Source of the DNA: Mobula hypostoma
Lineage: Eukaryota
Reading direction: 5' to 3'
Assembly: GCF_963921235.1 (NCBI RefSeq)
Contig: NC_086097.1
Location: 173,788,001 to 173,852,000, forward strand
DNA: 64,000 bases
Shown here in pieces: positions 16,019 to 28,745 of the stretch (within the stretch, counting starts at the first letter, position 1; every line of letters begins with the position of its first letter). Below the pieces are notes generated by a model. That model saw only the letters and a list, made by a program, of their open reading frames with translations. It made no database searches and was not told the DNA's origin. Both the position numbers and the translations under genes were made by a program.

Positions 16019-16867
16019 TGTGACAAGAATACACATAGATTAAGATGTAGCTGTCCCGTGCTGGCACCGATGGGATCAGCAGTTGGTCTGCCACCTATCT
16101 TCAGGAGAGAGAGAGATAAGGAAAACAATGGAGCAGCATTTGGAGATGTTAATGAAGGAAGGAGAGCTGGCAAGAGCGGCTCCCCCTTTGAATCCTGAAC
16201 TGTTTGAAGTGATGGACAGGCGATACCCCAGCAGGGGGATAAAAAGGGACAGGTTTGCTAAGGCAACACACACACGACACCCGAGGTAATGAGACCCTGG
16301 AAGCGGTGCGCCTCTCACAAGTCGGTGGGAAGTATCGGGCCATAACCGCCCAGGGTGGAAAGGCACGATCGGCGGGAACCTGGTGTGTGTCCACCCTTGC
16401 CTGGGTGCCAGGTTCAGCGCCGGGAAACGATCGTATCTAGAAACGGAGGGGTCATGGTCGGTGACCTCAGATGACATCACAAAGGACTCGCCCGAAAGCT
16501 GACTGCGAAGGTCTGTCTGGAAACCTTGAATATTCATTCGTTTTGCTCTCTCTCTCCTTCCCCCCACTGTCCATCGCCACGGCAGCAATTACTGCAAACT
16601 GAACTGAACTAAATTGAACTGAACTTTGCGTCACTTTGAAACTGGTCATTTACCCCTAGACAACGATAAGAGCTTGATTAATCCTGTAATCTTAATTCTG
16701 TGTACATGTGTGTTTATCATTGCTGAACTGTTGCATTTATTATCCTTTTGATTAGAGTACTGTGTTGCTTGTTTCTTTAATAAAACTTTCTTAGTTCTAG
16801 TAATCCAGACTCCAACTGAGTGATCCATTTCTGCTGGTTTGGCAACCCAGTTACGGGATACGTAACA
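16019..16867 (+). repeat. 3' LTR (849 bp)
   Basis: Direct repeat of 11721-12551 with three extra GAACT-like units. Confidence 0.95.
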
Positions 16868-17174
16868 ATACCATAGCTCCAACATTATTACACTGATTAT
16901 ACTTCTGAAGCACATTATTGGCAAGAAGATGTCATCCTAGGGGTATGAACACTATTCCAAGGCATCCTTCCTTTACATTATAACAAGAACTTTATAACAG
17001 TTTCATAGAGAATATTTTGAGGACCTTTACGTTATGTTTCTAATCCACTACATTGTTTTCTCATCATAAGTTCAAAATCAAGCAAGCAAAAAGATAATGG
17101 AATTCTAAAAGAAAATTGTATTCACTGGAAACTTCATTTATTTATTTCTTTTGCAATTTGTTTATTCATTTGTT

Positions 17175-17430
17175 AGAGCCCCACTGCCTCAGCAACCTTA
17201 CAACCTGGATTAACCCTAACCTTTTTGTAAGACAATTTATAATGACCAATTAACCTGCCTGGTACATCTTTTGGCTGTGAAAGGAAATCAGAGCACTCGG
17301 AAAACCCACACATTCCAAGGGTGGGACATACAGAGACTCCTTATAGACAGCACGGGAACTGAACCCTGAACTCCGGAACACCCTGAGCTGTAATCATGTT
17401 GCAATAACTGCTACACTACCGTGGCTCCCG
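17175..17430 (-). mobile_element. tRNA-derived V-SINE
   Basis: The reverse complement has a tRNA-like head (gggagccacggtagtgtagc..gttcag) and a V-domain-like core (gtgggttttccgagtgctctgatttcc..aggttaattggtcatt). Confidence 0.75.
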
Positions 17431-18034
17431 TGGTAAAACAGTTTTAAAAACATCACACCAGAAACAGGCCTACAATACCAGCCATCACCCCTGATTTATA
17501 ACCACTGGTTGTTTTTACTAACTGCAGACTTCAGAAAAAGATTTAAAAATTACAAAGGGCCTACAATTTATTGTCAGTCAATAAATTGGAAGCAAAACAA
17601 AGCAAAGTATACGTCTGGACACCAAAAATTGCTGATTGTGCAAAGACAATCTACTCATAAAACAAAGTCTGTCTAAACATGGGAGAAACAAAAAATCTTT
17701 CCAAATGAGAAAGGAGACAATATTTTTGGGTAATATCACCAGATAAATGCAGTGAGCAAGGAATGGTTACTTTGAAACTGTGTATAAGAAATAAATCTGC
17801 CATTTGTAGCAAAGCAGCAACAAGATTTGATTGGTAGGGGAATTATCCAATCACTATCGCACTGACCAGGTACAGTGCTGTCACAAGAAACGGGCCAAAA
17901 ATTAAAGGCTTTGAATGCACAGACCATGACAAGTACAATTTTAATTGTTTTCAAGGTATTCCTCTTTTAAATTTCTTGAGAAATTGATTATTCTCACCCA
18001 AAGTAATCAGAAAATAATTCAAAAACATTTTAAA

Positions 18035-18165
18035 GACAAGGAAGCCTGCAGATGCTGGAAATCTTAAGCAGCACACATAAATGCTAGAGGAACTCAGCAA
18101 GGGCAAGCAAGGAATAAACAGTTGACATTTCAGGCCAAGACCCCTTAAGAACTGGAAGGGAAAGG
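18035..18165 (-). mobile_element. Old Penelope-like terminal fragment with a destroyed hammerhead core
   Basis: Matches the PLE terminus at 18519-18660. Confidence 0.65.
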
Positions 18166-18518
18166 CCACTTGAATATGCACTTCTAACATTTAAAAAATT
18201 GTTACAAAAGGAATGGTAACAATAGCTTCACCTTTGCTGTAAGGTACTTCATGAGAATGCTACCATATTAGCTACAGAAGGAGATATGTAGAAGGCAGAT
18301 GACCAAGTATGTTCAGTGATGGATCTAAAGAAAAGTAAGAGGTGAACAGGGAGAAAGGTTTCAATATGAAATTACAAAGGTCAGAGATCTGTCTGTTAAA
18401 AATAATAACATTAATTTGGAGCAATCAAATGCAAGTATGATACGAAATTAGCAGATATCTAAAAAGAATTTAAATTGAGATAGATTATAGAGATATAGAC
18501 AGACTATATCAGGATAGG

Positions 18519-19331
18519 AACGCAAACACGAGGAAATCTGCAGATGCTGGAATTTCAAGCAACACACATACAAGTTGTTGCTGAACGCAGCAGGCCAGGC
18601 AGCATCTCTAGGAAGAGGTACAGTCGACGTTTTGGGCCGAGACCCTTCGTCAGGACTAACCGAAAGAAGAGCTAGTAAGAGATTTGAAAGTGGGAGGGGG
18701 AGGGGGAGATCCAAAATGATAGGAGAAGACAGGAGGGGGAGGGATGGAGCCAAGAGCTGGACAGTTGATTGGCAAAAGGGATATGAGAGGATCATGGGAC
18801 AGGAGGCCTAGGGAGAAAGACAAGGGGGGGGGGAGATCCCAGAGGATGGACAAGGGGTATAGTCAGAGGGACAGAGGGAGAAAAAGGAGAGAGAGAGAAA
18901 AAGAATGTGTGAATATAAATAAATAAATAATGGATGGGGGACAAGGGGGACGGGGGGGCATTAGCAGAAGTTAAAGTCGTCAATGTTCATGCCATCAGGT
19001 TGGAGGTTACCCAGACGGAATATAAGGTGTTGTTCCTCCAACTTGAGTGTGGCTTCATATTTACAGTAGAGGGGGCCGTGGATAGACATATCAGAATGGG
19101 AATGGGACGTGGAATTAAAATGTGTGGCACAGAGAGTGGTGAATCTGTGGAATTCTCTGCCACAGCAAACTGTTGAGGCCAGTTCATTAGCTATGTTTAA
19201 AAGGAAGTTAGATATGGCCCTTGTGGCTACAGGGGTCACGCCAATATATAGAAGGCCGCATCGGGAGCACCAGATGCAGTATATCACCCCAGCCGACTCA
19301 GGTGAAGTGTCGCCTCACCTGGAAGGACTGT
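18519..19331 (-). mobile_element. Penelope-like element, 5'-truncated: GIY-YIG endonuclease C-terminal part plus terminal repeat
   Basis: IYCIWCSRCGLLYIG..HFNSTSH..LEEQHLIFRLGNLQPDGMN is a PLE GIY-YIG signature. Hammerhead motif at 18621-18658; CR1 patch at 19128-19238. Confidence 0.9.
18621..18658 (-). ncRNA. Minimal type I hammerhead ribozyme motif (G12A mutant)
   Basis: Minus strand reads tagtc-CTGACGA-A-gggtctcggccc-AAAAC-GTC-gactg. Stems I and II pair; GAAA is changed to AAAA. Confidence 0.75.
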
Positions 19332-19494
19332 CATAGGTTTTAGTTGCAAAGCTTTCTTTCTTTCTTTCTGTCAATAGCAAAACTGTTCATTTTTCATATT
19401 GTCTATCTCTAATATTGACTCAGTTCTTTTTGCTATCAGTACAGCCTGGTCAGCAGGACATGTCCTACAGCCTTGCCATGAGCAACACATAATA

Positions 19495-19662
19495 AGAATC
19501 AGATTTAGGTTTAATATCACCAGCACATGTTGTGAAATTTGTTATCTTTGCAGCAGCAGTACAATGCAATACATGACAACACAGAAAAACTAAGTAAATC
19601 AATTTCAGTATAATTGATTTGTATATTATACTGTATACTTTGTATACAGTATATTTTTAAAT

Positions 19663-19695
<33 letters not shown>

Positions 19696-21270
19696 TATAT
19701 CTTTATTTTTAAAATTTAAATTGTCCAAAAACAGAAAAAATGAAAAAGTGAGATAGTGTTCATGGGTTCGATGTCAGATGGCAGAGGGGAAGATGCTGCT
19801 TCTGAATCAGTGAGTTTGTGTCTTCAGGCTTCCATACCTCCTGCCTGACGGTAGCAATGAGAAGACAGTATGTCCTGGGTTATGGGGTCCCTAATAATGG
19901 ACACTGCCTTTGTGGGTCACTGCTTCTTGAGGATGTCTTGGATACGATGGAGGTTAGTACCCATGATGGAGCTGACTAATTTTACAACTTTCTGTAGCTT
20001 CTCTCGATCCTGTGCAGTAGCGCCCCTCCCAATGATGCAACTTCTCAGAATGCTCTCCACAGTATATCTGTAGAAGTTTGAGTGTTTTAGGTGACAAACC
20101 AAATCTCCTCAAACTCCTAACGAAGTATAGCCGCTACCTTGCCTTCTTTATAGCTGCATTGATATGTTGAGACCAAGTTAAATCCTCAGAGATCCTGACA
20201 CCCAGGAATTTGAAATTGGTCACTCTCTCCCTTTCTGATCTCTCTATGAGGATTGATTCATGTTCCCTTGTCCTACACTTTTGAAGTCCACAATCAGCTC
20301 TTTGGTCTTACTGCTGCTGACTGCAAGGTTGCTGCTGTGACACCACTCATCTAGCTAGCATATCTTGCTGTTGTACGCCCTCTCGTCGCCATCTGAGATT
20401 CTGCCAACAATGGTGGTATCATTAGCAAACTTATAGATGGCATTTGAGCTATGCCTAGCCACACAGTCATGGGTATATAGAGAGTAGAGCAGTGGGCTAA
20501 GCACACACCCCTGAGGTGCGCCAGTGTTGATCGTCAGCAAGGAGAATATGTTATTACCAATCCATACAGATTGTGTCTTCCAGTTAGGAACTCAAGGATC
20601 CAAATACAGAGGGAGGTACAGAGGCCCAAGTTCCATAGCGGATCAATCAGGACTTTAGGTATGATGGTGTAAAATGCTGAGCAGTAGTCAATGAACAGTA
20701 TCCAGACATAGGTGTTTGTATTATCCAGGTGACCTAACGCCACGTGAAGTGCCATTGAGGTTGCGACTGTTGTCGACCTCTTGTGGCAATAGGCAAATTA
20801 CAGTGGGTCCAGGTCCTTGCTGAGGCTGGAGTCTAGTCATGACCAACCTCTCAAAGCATTTTATCACTATAGATATGAGTGCTACGGGACAATAGTCATT
20901 GAGGCAGCTTACGCTACTGTTCTTGGGCACTGATATAATTGCTGCCCTTTTTGACGCAGCTGGGAACTTCCAAACGTAGCAGTGAGAGGTTGAAAATGTC
21001 CTTGATATACCTGCCAGTTGGTTAGCACAAGTTTGCAGAGGCTTACCAGGTAACTCCATTGGGGCCTGCCACCTTGTGAGGATTCACCCTCCTGAAAGAC
21101 AGCCTGACATTGGCCTCTGAGAAAGAGTTCACGGGGTCACTGTGTGCAGCGGGGATCTTCACAGCAGTAGTTATAGTCTCCCTTTCAAACCGGGCATAGA
21201 AGGCCATAGAAGCTTGTCTGGTAGTGAAGCATCTCTGCCATTCATGATATTGGGTTTCATTTTGTAGGAA
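19495..21270 (-). mobile_element. Rex1/Babar-type LINE, 5'-truncated
   Basis: Motifs [61 protein letters not shown] and FYRYTVESIL; tail (CTGATT)n. Confidence 0.9.
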
Positions 21271-22376
21271 GTAATGCAAATAAAGGAGGCATAATCTAAA
21301 TGTAACTGCCACATGAACTCCTTTAGATTCATCCCAGCAAAAGATATTTCTACAACAGAAAACTGACTTGTTTTTTCTCTTTCCAAGTTCTGACAAAGCT
21401 ATTACACTTTTCGACAAAAGCAGCCTAACTTGCTGAGAGTTTCCTAAGTGTTCTGTTTTTGTTATGCTTCATCAATATTTTTACTAATCAACTGCATGAA
21501 CACCAAATCAAATTATTAACCATATTTTAAAATAGAGAATGCTTTTGACTTTTGATTAATGCATGTCTGCAAAGAATTTGCAAAATAATTAAATGAGCAT
21601 CTATTCCCTAAGCCTCCCCAAAAACACAGCCATTATAACTCCTTTTTCCCTCTGCAGGTTTAGTTAGTTTTCTCGCACTGAACTCTAATAACATAGGCAA
21701 GTGCATGATGCCAATTTAATACCAATGTCATTCTACATACACTACACAAATGATCCAAGGACAGTTGGTTTTAACCAGTCTTAAGTATTTGACCTGGTAG
21801 TCTTCTATATGCATATAAATTTCAATGGTAAAAGTACACAATTTTTTTTTAAATCAATGCTAAAGATCAGAGACCAATTTTCACACGATTATACTGACCT
21901 GGTGAGTATGGTCAGCTTATGGTTTTGATTTCAGAATTTCAGTACATTGCTTTAAATGCAGGGGAACAGGAGTTGTGAATAACGTGAATGCCTTGATTTA
22001 GTTCGTCAGCAATTACTTATACTTAGCGTATTGTACCTACTTTCCGTTGAACTGATATTGAGCCAAAGGAAGAAAGATGAGACCACGTAGATATTGGTTT
22101 TAAGGAATGTCAACAGGAAGAAAGGAGAAGCAATTCTGAAGCTGAAGATCTTGCTGCCAACCGCGATATGAAAAAAAAGGAGTGAGAAGTTTGGTGGTAC
22201 TTCAGGAGATTATCACCCTAGCTTAAAGGACTTCAACAGGCTACAGCATTACACTTCTAAATATAATATTAATGCCTAATGTAAAGCAATCGCAATTTCC
22301 ATCTATATTAGCATATCTAATTACTGGAGGTCACCTATGTCAAATAGTTGTCTACTACTGCCTGGTTCTCACAAAC

Positions 22377-22651
22377 CTTGAAAGTGACAGTTGCTTTGGT
22401 GCAATAGAATCCAACAGAGACCACTGGATCCTTGGGAGGCAATGATCTCAGATGATTTACTTTAATGCCATTTTCGTCGACTTCATGGTTCCCATCACCC
22501 TCATCAGAATAACTGACCAGTGCAGGAACAAGGGACCATGCCCAAGACACCCATCCTTGATCATCATCTTGATGCTGCAAAAACTGTTGAACATCAGCAT
22601 TCTGGTACAGGGTTCCATGTTGCCCTTGAATCCCTGCTTCAGATTCACCAC
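22377..22651 (-). CDS. VPS13B: VPS13B internal coding exon (equivalent to human exon 8), 275 bp, phase 1/0
   Basis: Translates ...QHQDDDQGWVSWAWSLVPALVSY...KDPVVSVGFYCTKATVTFK, matching recalled human QGWVSWAWSFVPAIVSY...KDPIVSIGFYCTKATVTFK. Acceptor gtgtctctccag|GT, donor AAG|gtttgt. Confidence 0.95.
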
Positions 22652-24151
22652 CTGGAGAGACACAGATACACAGTGAAATTTAATGCTGTGACAAAACACT
22701 TCAACTGGACAGCTTCATCAACCAATAACATTAACTTGGTTTTACTCACTCCATAAATGCAGTCGATTCCAGCATTCCTTTTTGATTCAAATTTGCAGGC
22801 AACAAGAACTTTAGTTTCTTTTCTTGTTTTAAATGAGTGCACCAAAATATTTAAGTTGCTGGGACAAACACTAACATGAACATTCCCTGTCCAACCTTCT
22901 CCCAACAATTTAAATTAGATTTATATTCTCATTATTCTAGTGCAAGTAAATGATTATTGACTCAAAAAAGTATTTCTTCCTCCACGACTGCTGTCTGACT
23001 CACCGAGTGTTTTTTTTTTGTTTCAGTTTCACATTCCAGCATTTGCGTGGTTTTTTGCTTCAATTACTATGGAAGCAGCACCAGACTATAAAGTAAAAAG
23101 GAAAAAAGCATCCTTATCAACCATGAGGTTAGATGTTGGGAAAGTGGAAAAGGACTGAAAGTTGTATTCTGAGAAGTTTAGAATCCAACATACGCAGGGC
23201 AAAATGGTTTTTTACAGCACTGGCCGTGCACAGTATTCCTGTTGCTTTCTGGAAATACAAATCCTTGACCAAGTAAAGCCATCCCAAGGAAAAGAAAAGA
23301 GATATCATCAAGAGAGGGGTATCACCCTCTTTCTGCATGACCAGCAATTATGTTCATCCCTAATCCCATGCAGTGCCATTTACATTCTTTACCATCAGCA
23401 CTAATCTCATTATCACTGACTTCACATTCTATTTCACTCAAAACCATGACAGATCACGTTTCCAATTCTTCAAATCAACAGATTGAAAAAAAAGATGCAC
23501 ATTCTCCCTGTAGATGTTCTTGATGTATATTAATATTGCAAAAGATTAAAATTAATTTATTAATGCACTCCAAGTGAGCCTGCCAATTTATAATATTTAA
23601 TAAAGATGAATTTCCATTAGCAAAATGCTTGAATTTCAGCAAAGTTTCCAACGTTTCACATTTTTAAAATCCTTAAGGCTCACAAGTGGCTCAGTAGAAG
23701 AAATTTTTAACATAATATAAATCAAAATAAAGAGGTGATAGACTGAAAAATAAATCTATTCTTGGTAACAGCTCTTGGCTGTCAACAAAGAAAGCAGAGC
23801 CATGAAGCGTGAGTAATCACATGTGACTGAACAGGAACAGCTTAGAACAGAAAACAGTTCTTGAACAACTGAAGTCACCAATGCACTCAAACTTTAGAAC
23901 TCGATCTCCAATTTCTTTCAAAAACTTTTGAATAAAACAAAATAAATTCTCAAACTGATTACAGGATGTTACAATACATCTTCTGTCACTCAATGTTGAG
24001 GCACTAACTTCATGCCAAAGAAACAATATTTTCAAGTTGCCTGGATAAATGCAGCTCTAAAATTGTTCGATATCAACCACATCCAGGACAAAGCAGCTGC
24101 TTGAACGACAGATACCCCATTCATTATTCTAAATACTCATTCATCTCCATC

Positions 24152-24905
24152 TCAAGTCCAGCCAAGTCAAGTCACTTTTTATTGTCATTTCGACCATAAC
24201 TGCTGGAACAGTACACAATAAAAACAAGACAACGTTTTTCAGGACAATGGTGCTACATGAAACAATACAAAAACTACACTGAACTACGTAAAAACCAACA
24301 CAAAAACTACACTAGACTACAGACCTAATCAGGACTGCATAAAGTGCACAAAATAGTGCAGGCATTACAATAAATAATAAACAAGACAATAGGCACAGTA
24401 GAGGGCAGGAGGTTGTTGTCAGTCCAGGCTCTGGGTATTGACAAGTCTGATGGCTTGGGGGAAGAAACTGTGACATAGTCTGGTCGTGAAAGCCTGAATA
24501 CTTTGGTGCCTTTTGCCAGATGGCAGGAGGGAGAAGAGTTTGTATGAGGGGTGCATAGGGTCCTTCATAATGCTGGTTGCTTTACAGATGCAGCATGTGG
24601 TGTAAAAGTCTGTGATGGCAGGAAGAGAGACCCCGATGATCTTCTCAGCTGACCTCACTATCCGCTGCAGGGTCTTGTGATCCGAGATGGTGCAATTTCC
24701 AAACCAGGCAGTGATGCAGTTGCTCAGGATGCTCTCAATACAACCTCTGTAGAATGTGGTGAGGATGAGGGGTGGGAGATGGACTTTTCACAGCCTTCGC
24801 AGAAAGTAGAGACGCTGTTGGGCTTTCTTGGCTATGAAGCTAGTGTTGAGGGACCAGGTGAGATTCTCCACCAAGGTGAACACCAAGAAATTTGGTGCTC
24901 TTAAC
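24152..24905 (-). mobile_element. Rex1/Babar-type LINE 3' fragment
   Basis: RSAEKIIGVSLP..SLLPSGKR..SFFPQAIRL; (GACTT)n tail. Confidence 0.85.
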
Positions 24906-25119
24906 GGTCTCTACGGACGAGTTGTCTTATACAATGTGGGAGCGATGTGTGTGTTACCTCCTAAATATCCTGCAATGAGGCACTATGACAGCATCTGCCA
25001 AACCCACATTCACTAACAACAAGGGTAACAACATCAGGCATACAAGATCATAAGAATGCAAGAACATAAGGAAAAGGAAGAAAAGTCAGCCACATTGCAT
25101 GTAGTACAAAGGGTTCATA

Positions 25120-25830
25120 TACAGGTGGAGCAATCTGGAAGTCAAATAGAAAATTACATGCACAAAATGCTGGAGGTACTCAGCAGGTCAGGCAGCATAT
25201 ATGGAGAGGAATAAAGATTCGAGTTTTGGGCCAAGACCCTTCATCAAGACTGGAAAAGAAGCCAGAATAAGATGGTGGGGTGAGGGGAAGGTGTACAAGC
25301 TGGAAAGTTTATAGTTGAAGCCAGATGAGAGGGAAGGCAGGTGGGTAGGGGAAAGGGAAGGAAGAGGGGGACCAAAAGAAGATAGGCAGATGAGAAGAGA
25401 AGGGGTAAGAAGAGAGTCAGAATGTAGAATGGAAAAGGTGAGAAGGAAGAGAAATTACCAGAAACTGGAGAAATCGATGTTCATGTCGTTAGATGGAGGT
25501 TACCCACACAGAATTGCTCCTCCAAATTGAGGGTGGCCTCATCATGGCATAGAGGAGAATAGAAATATTCTGAATAGGAATGGGAGTAGAATTAAACTGG
25601 TTGGCCACTGGGAAATCTTCTCTGTTGCAGATGGCGCCAAAGTGCTCAAGAAAGCCATCGCCCAATCTATGAAAGGTATCATCGATGTAGAGCAGAACGC
25701 ATTGGAAACACTGGATACAGCAGATTACCCCAACAGACTTGCAGGTGAAGTGTTGCCTCACCTGGAAGGACTATTTGGTGAGGAAAGAGGTGAATGGGCA
25801 GGTGTAGCACTTGTACCACTTGCAGGGATG
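25120..25830 (-). mobile_element. Penelope-like element (GIY-YIG remnant plus terminus with degenerate hammerhead at about 25215-25252)
   Basis: RQHFTCKSVGVICCIQCFQCVLLYIDDTFHRLGDGFLEH..PVANQFNS. Confidence 0.85.
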
Positions 25831-26469
25831 AATGCTAGCATTCAAAATGAGGATGATAAAAGAATGCAAGATTTAAATTTATAGTTATTTTAGTGAGGCT
25901 AACGAAAGAACTCCAAATAATTTTGGCCAACATATTTAGGAAGGGGTATATTTGCACTGGAAGCAATGCAGAGAAGATCAGCTAGTTTGAATCTTAAAAT
26001 GAAAAGATTGATATACAGGTTATACCTATACTCAGAGTACAGTACAAAGAGAATGACAATATTAAACATACAATGTTCTGAGAGGATGAACAGGTGGATA
26101 TCAAGCTTTCCCTTGAAGGGATTTCTCAAACTAAGGGACATAATTTCAGAAATATGAGTTACTATTCAGGCAGGTGATGAGGTGGATTTAGATTTTTCTC
26201 TGTGGATCCTGATTCCCTGAAATTTGAAATTCAGAGACTGAGGGTAGGTTGGGGGCTTGTGATTTGTGCACAGTATCCCAACACTGTCAGACAGGCAGGA
26301 AAATTAATCTGAGGCAATTCATTTTCTCAACAACTCCGAAAATTTATGACTCTTCATCTCAATCTTAAATGGGTGATTCCGTATTCTGAAACTATACCAC
26401 CTAATCTGGATTCCCCTGGATTTCCAATCCATTTGTTTACCTTCAACAAATTTACTTGATTCCTTCACC

Positions 26470-27370
26470 TAAATCAAAATCAGAAACAGGTTTAACATCA
26501 TCGGCACAAGTTGTGAAATTTGTTAACTTAATGGCAGCGTACAATGCAATACATTATAATATAAAATAAATAAACAGATATGTATTAAATAGTTAAATTA
26601 AAAATTGTGCAAAAACAGAAATAAAAATAAGGTAATGTTCATGGCCTCAACGTCTATTTAGGAACCAGATAATAGAGGGAAAGACGCTGTTCCTGAATCG
26701 CTGAGTATGTGCCTTCAGGCCTCAATGAGATAACAATGAGATAAGGGCATGTCCTGGGTTATAGGGATCCTTAATAATAGATGCTGCCTTTCTGAGGGAC
26801 TGCTCCTTGAAGATGTCTTGGATACCATGGAGGCCAGTACCCAAGATGGAGCTGTGTAATTTTACAACTTTTTGTAGTTTCTTTCAATCCTGTGCAGTAG
26901 CCCCACCACCCCTCCCCACCCCCTTCCATACAGTGATGCAGATTATCAAAATGCTCTCCATGCTACATCTGTAAAAGTTTTCGACTGTTTTAGGTGACAA
27001 ACCAAATCTCCTCAAACTCCTAATAAAATACAGTCACTGCCTTGCCTTCTTTATAGTTGTATAGATATGTTGGGACCAGGTTAGATCTTCAGAGATCTTG
27101 ACACCCTGGAACTTGAAATTGCTCACTGTTTCCACTTCTGATCCCTTCAACAGGATTGGTTTGTGTTGCTTTGTCCTACTCTTTCTGAAGTCCACAATCA
27201 GCTCTTTGGTCTGGCTGATGTTGAGTGCAAGGTTGTTGCTCAACAAGCTGGTATATCTCGCAGCTGTACACCCTTTTGCCTCCATCTGAGATTCTGCCAA
27301 CAACGGTTGTATCATCAGCAAATTTTCGATGGCATTTGATCTATGTCTTGCCACATAGTCATGAGTACAG
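26470..27370 (-). mobile_element. Rex1/Babar-type LINE 3' fragment
   Basis: NNLALNISQTKELIVDFRK..FKFQGVKISEDLTWSQHI..KKARQ. Confidence 0.85.
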
Positions 27371-27448
27371 AGGGAGGTTCCAAACTTTTTATGCATTGAC
27401 CAATACCGTTAAGCAAGGGGTTTGTGGACCCCAGGCTGGGAACCCTTG
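27371..27448. mobile_element. About 80-bp hAT-type MITE
   Basis: Imperfect terminal inverted repeats (gggaggttccaaac / gctgggaacccttg) resembling the caggggtccccaacc end at 33258. Confidence 0.55.
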
Positions 27449-28291
27449 AACTAACTCATGAATGCATGGCATATGTTTAAGAATCTAACACTGATTCCTG
27501 TGGCACTCTCATTAATTCAATCCCAACTCTGTTTTCCATCAGCTTTACATTCTTCTATCTATGCTATATAGTGTCACCAATACCTTGGTAACACTATATT
27601 AGTTCTTATCTTGGAGTGTAATTGTTTGTGTGCCTTACTGACTGCCTTCTAGATAACTGAATATACCACCTTCGCTGGTCCCCGGTATTTCTTCCCCCAC
27701 TCATTACATCTACAGTACCAACCACAAGTTCTCCTCTGGATCATACATCATTCTAACTTGTAAAGGTGCCCCCATTCCTTCACTAGCATTGAGCCTAAAT
27801 CCACAAGTGTTCTATCCAACACCATGGAAGATCAGCAGAAGGATCAAAGTAAACAGCAGCAATATGATAACATTGCATATTTTGATAATAAATTTACTTT
27901 GAACTTTACTGTGGGAAATACAAGCTACTCCTGCAAGCCCATATTCTATGACTAAATGGTGAGATTTTACAATCTATTGCAGGTGTTCTATATACATAAC
28001 TGCGAAGAAATTTGCACCTTTTCATTCTTTCTAATTTTAGTTACTGTTGAGATTTAGAAAAAGTTTCTTTTACATTTGCTGTCTCTATTGCCTCCCTTTG
28101 TTAATTCTCATTTTTCTTTCCTTCTCTTGATTAAAGTATTTGCCTTCAGATCAAAATAAGTATCTTTGTGCCTCAGCAAAAAAATTTCTATCTCCATTGG
28201 TTGAAAAGAAACACTGACCTTGGTCCCTGGTACAGGTCCTAATTCCTTTTCAGAAAATACTGGGGTTGCTTCCAAACTTCAATGACCTGAT

Positions 28292-28745
28292 GTGAACACA
28301 GCCCAGCACATCACACAAACCAATCTTCCATCCTTGGACTCACTTTACACTGCATGCTGTCGGATCAGTGCTGCCAGGATAATCAAGGACACGACCCACC
28401 CAGCCAACACACTTTTCGTCCCTCTTCCCTCTGGGAGAAGGCTCAGGAGCTTGAAGACTCGTACGGCCAGATTTGGGAACAGCTTCTTTCCAACTGTGAT
28501 AAGACTGCTGAACGGATCCTGACCCGGATCAGGGCCATACCCTCCAAATATCCGGACCTGCCTCTCGTTTTTTTTTTGCACTACCTTACTTTCCATTTTC
28601 TATTTTCTATTTATGATTTATAATTTAAATTTTTAATATTTAGTTTTGATTTGTACTCCATGGAGCGCAAAGTGCAGAATCAAATATCGCTGTGATGATT
28701 GTACGCTCTAGTATCAATTGTTTGGCGACAATAAAGTATAAAGTA
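28292..28745 (+). mobile_element. Rex1/Babar-type LINE 3' fragment
   Basis: AARIIKDTTHPANTLFVPLPSGRRLRSLKTRTARFGNSFFPTVIRLLN; tail aataaagtataaagta. Confidence 0.85.

Noticed and set aside
17330..17430. tRNA-like sequence (also at 53545 and 56964)
   Set aside because: These are SINE heads; no cloverleaf, and each is attached to a V-SINE body.
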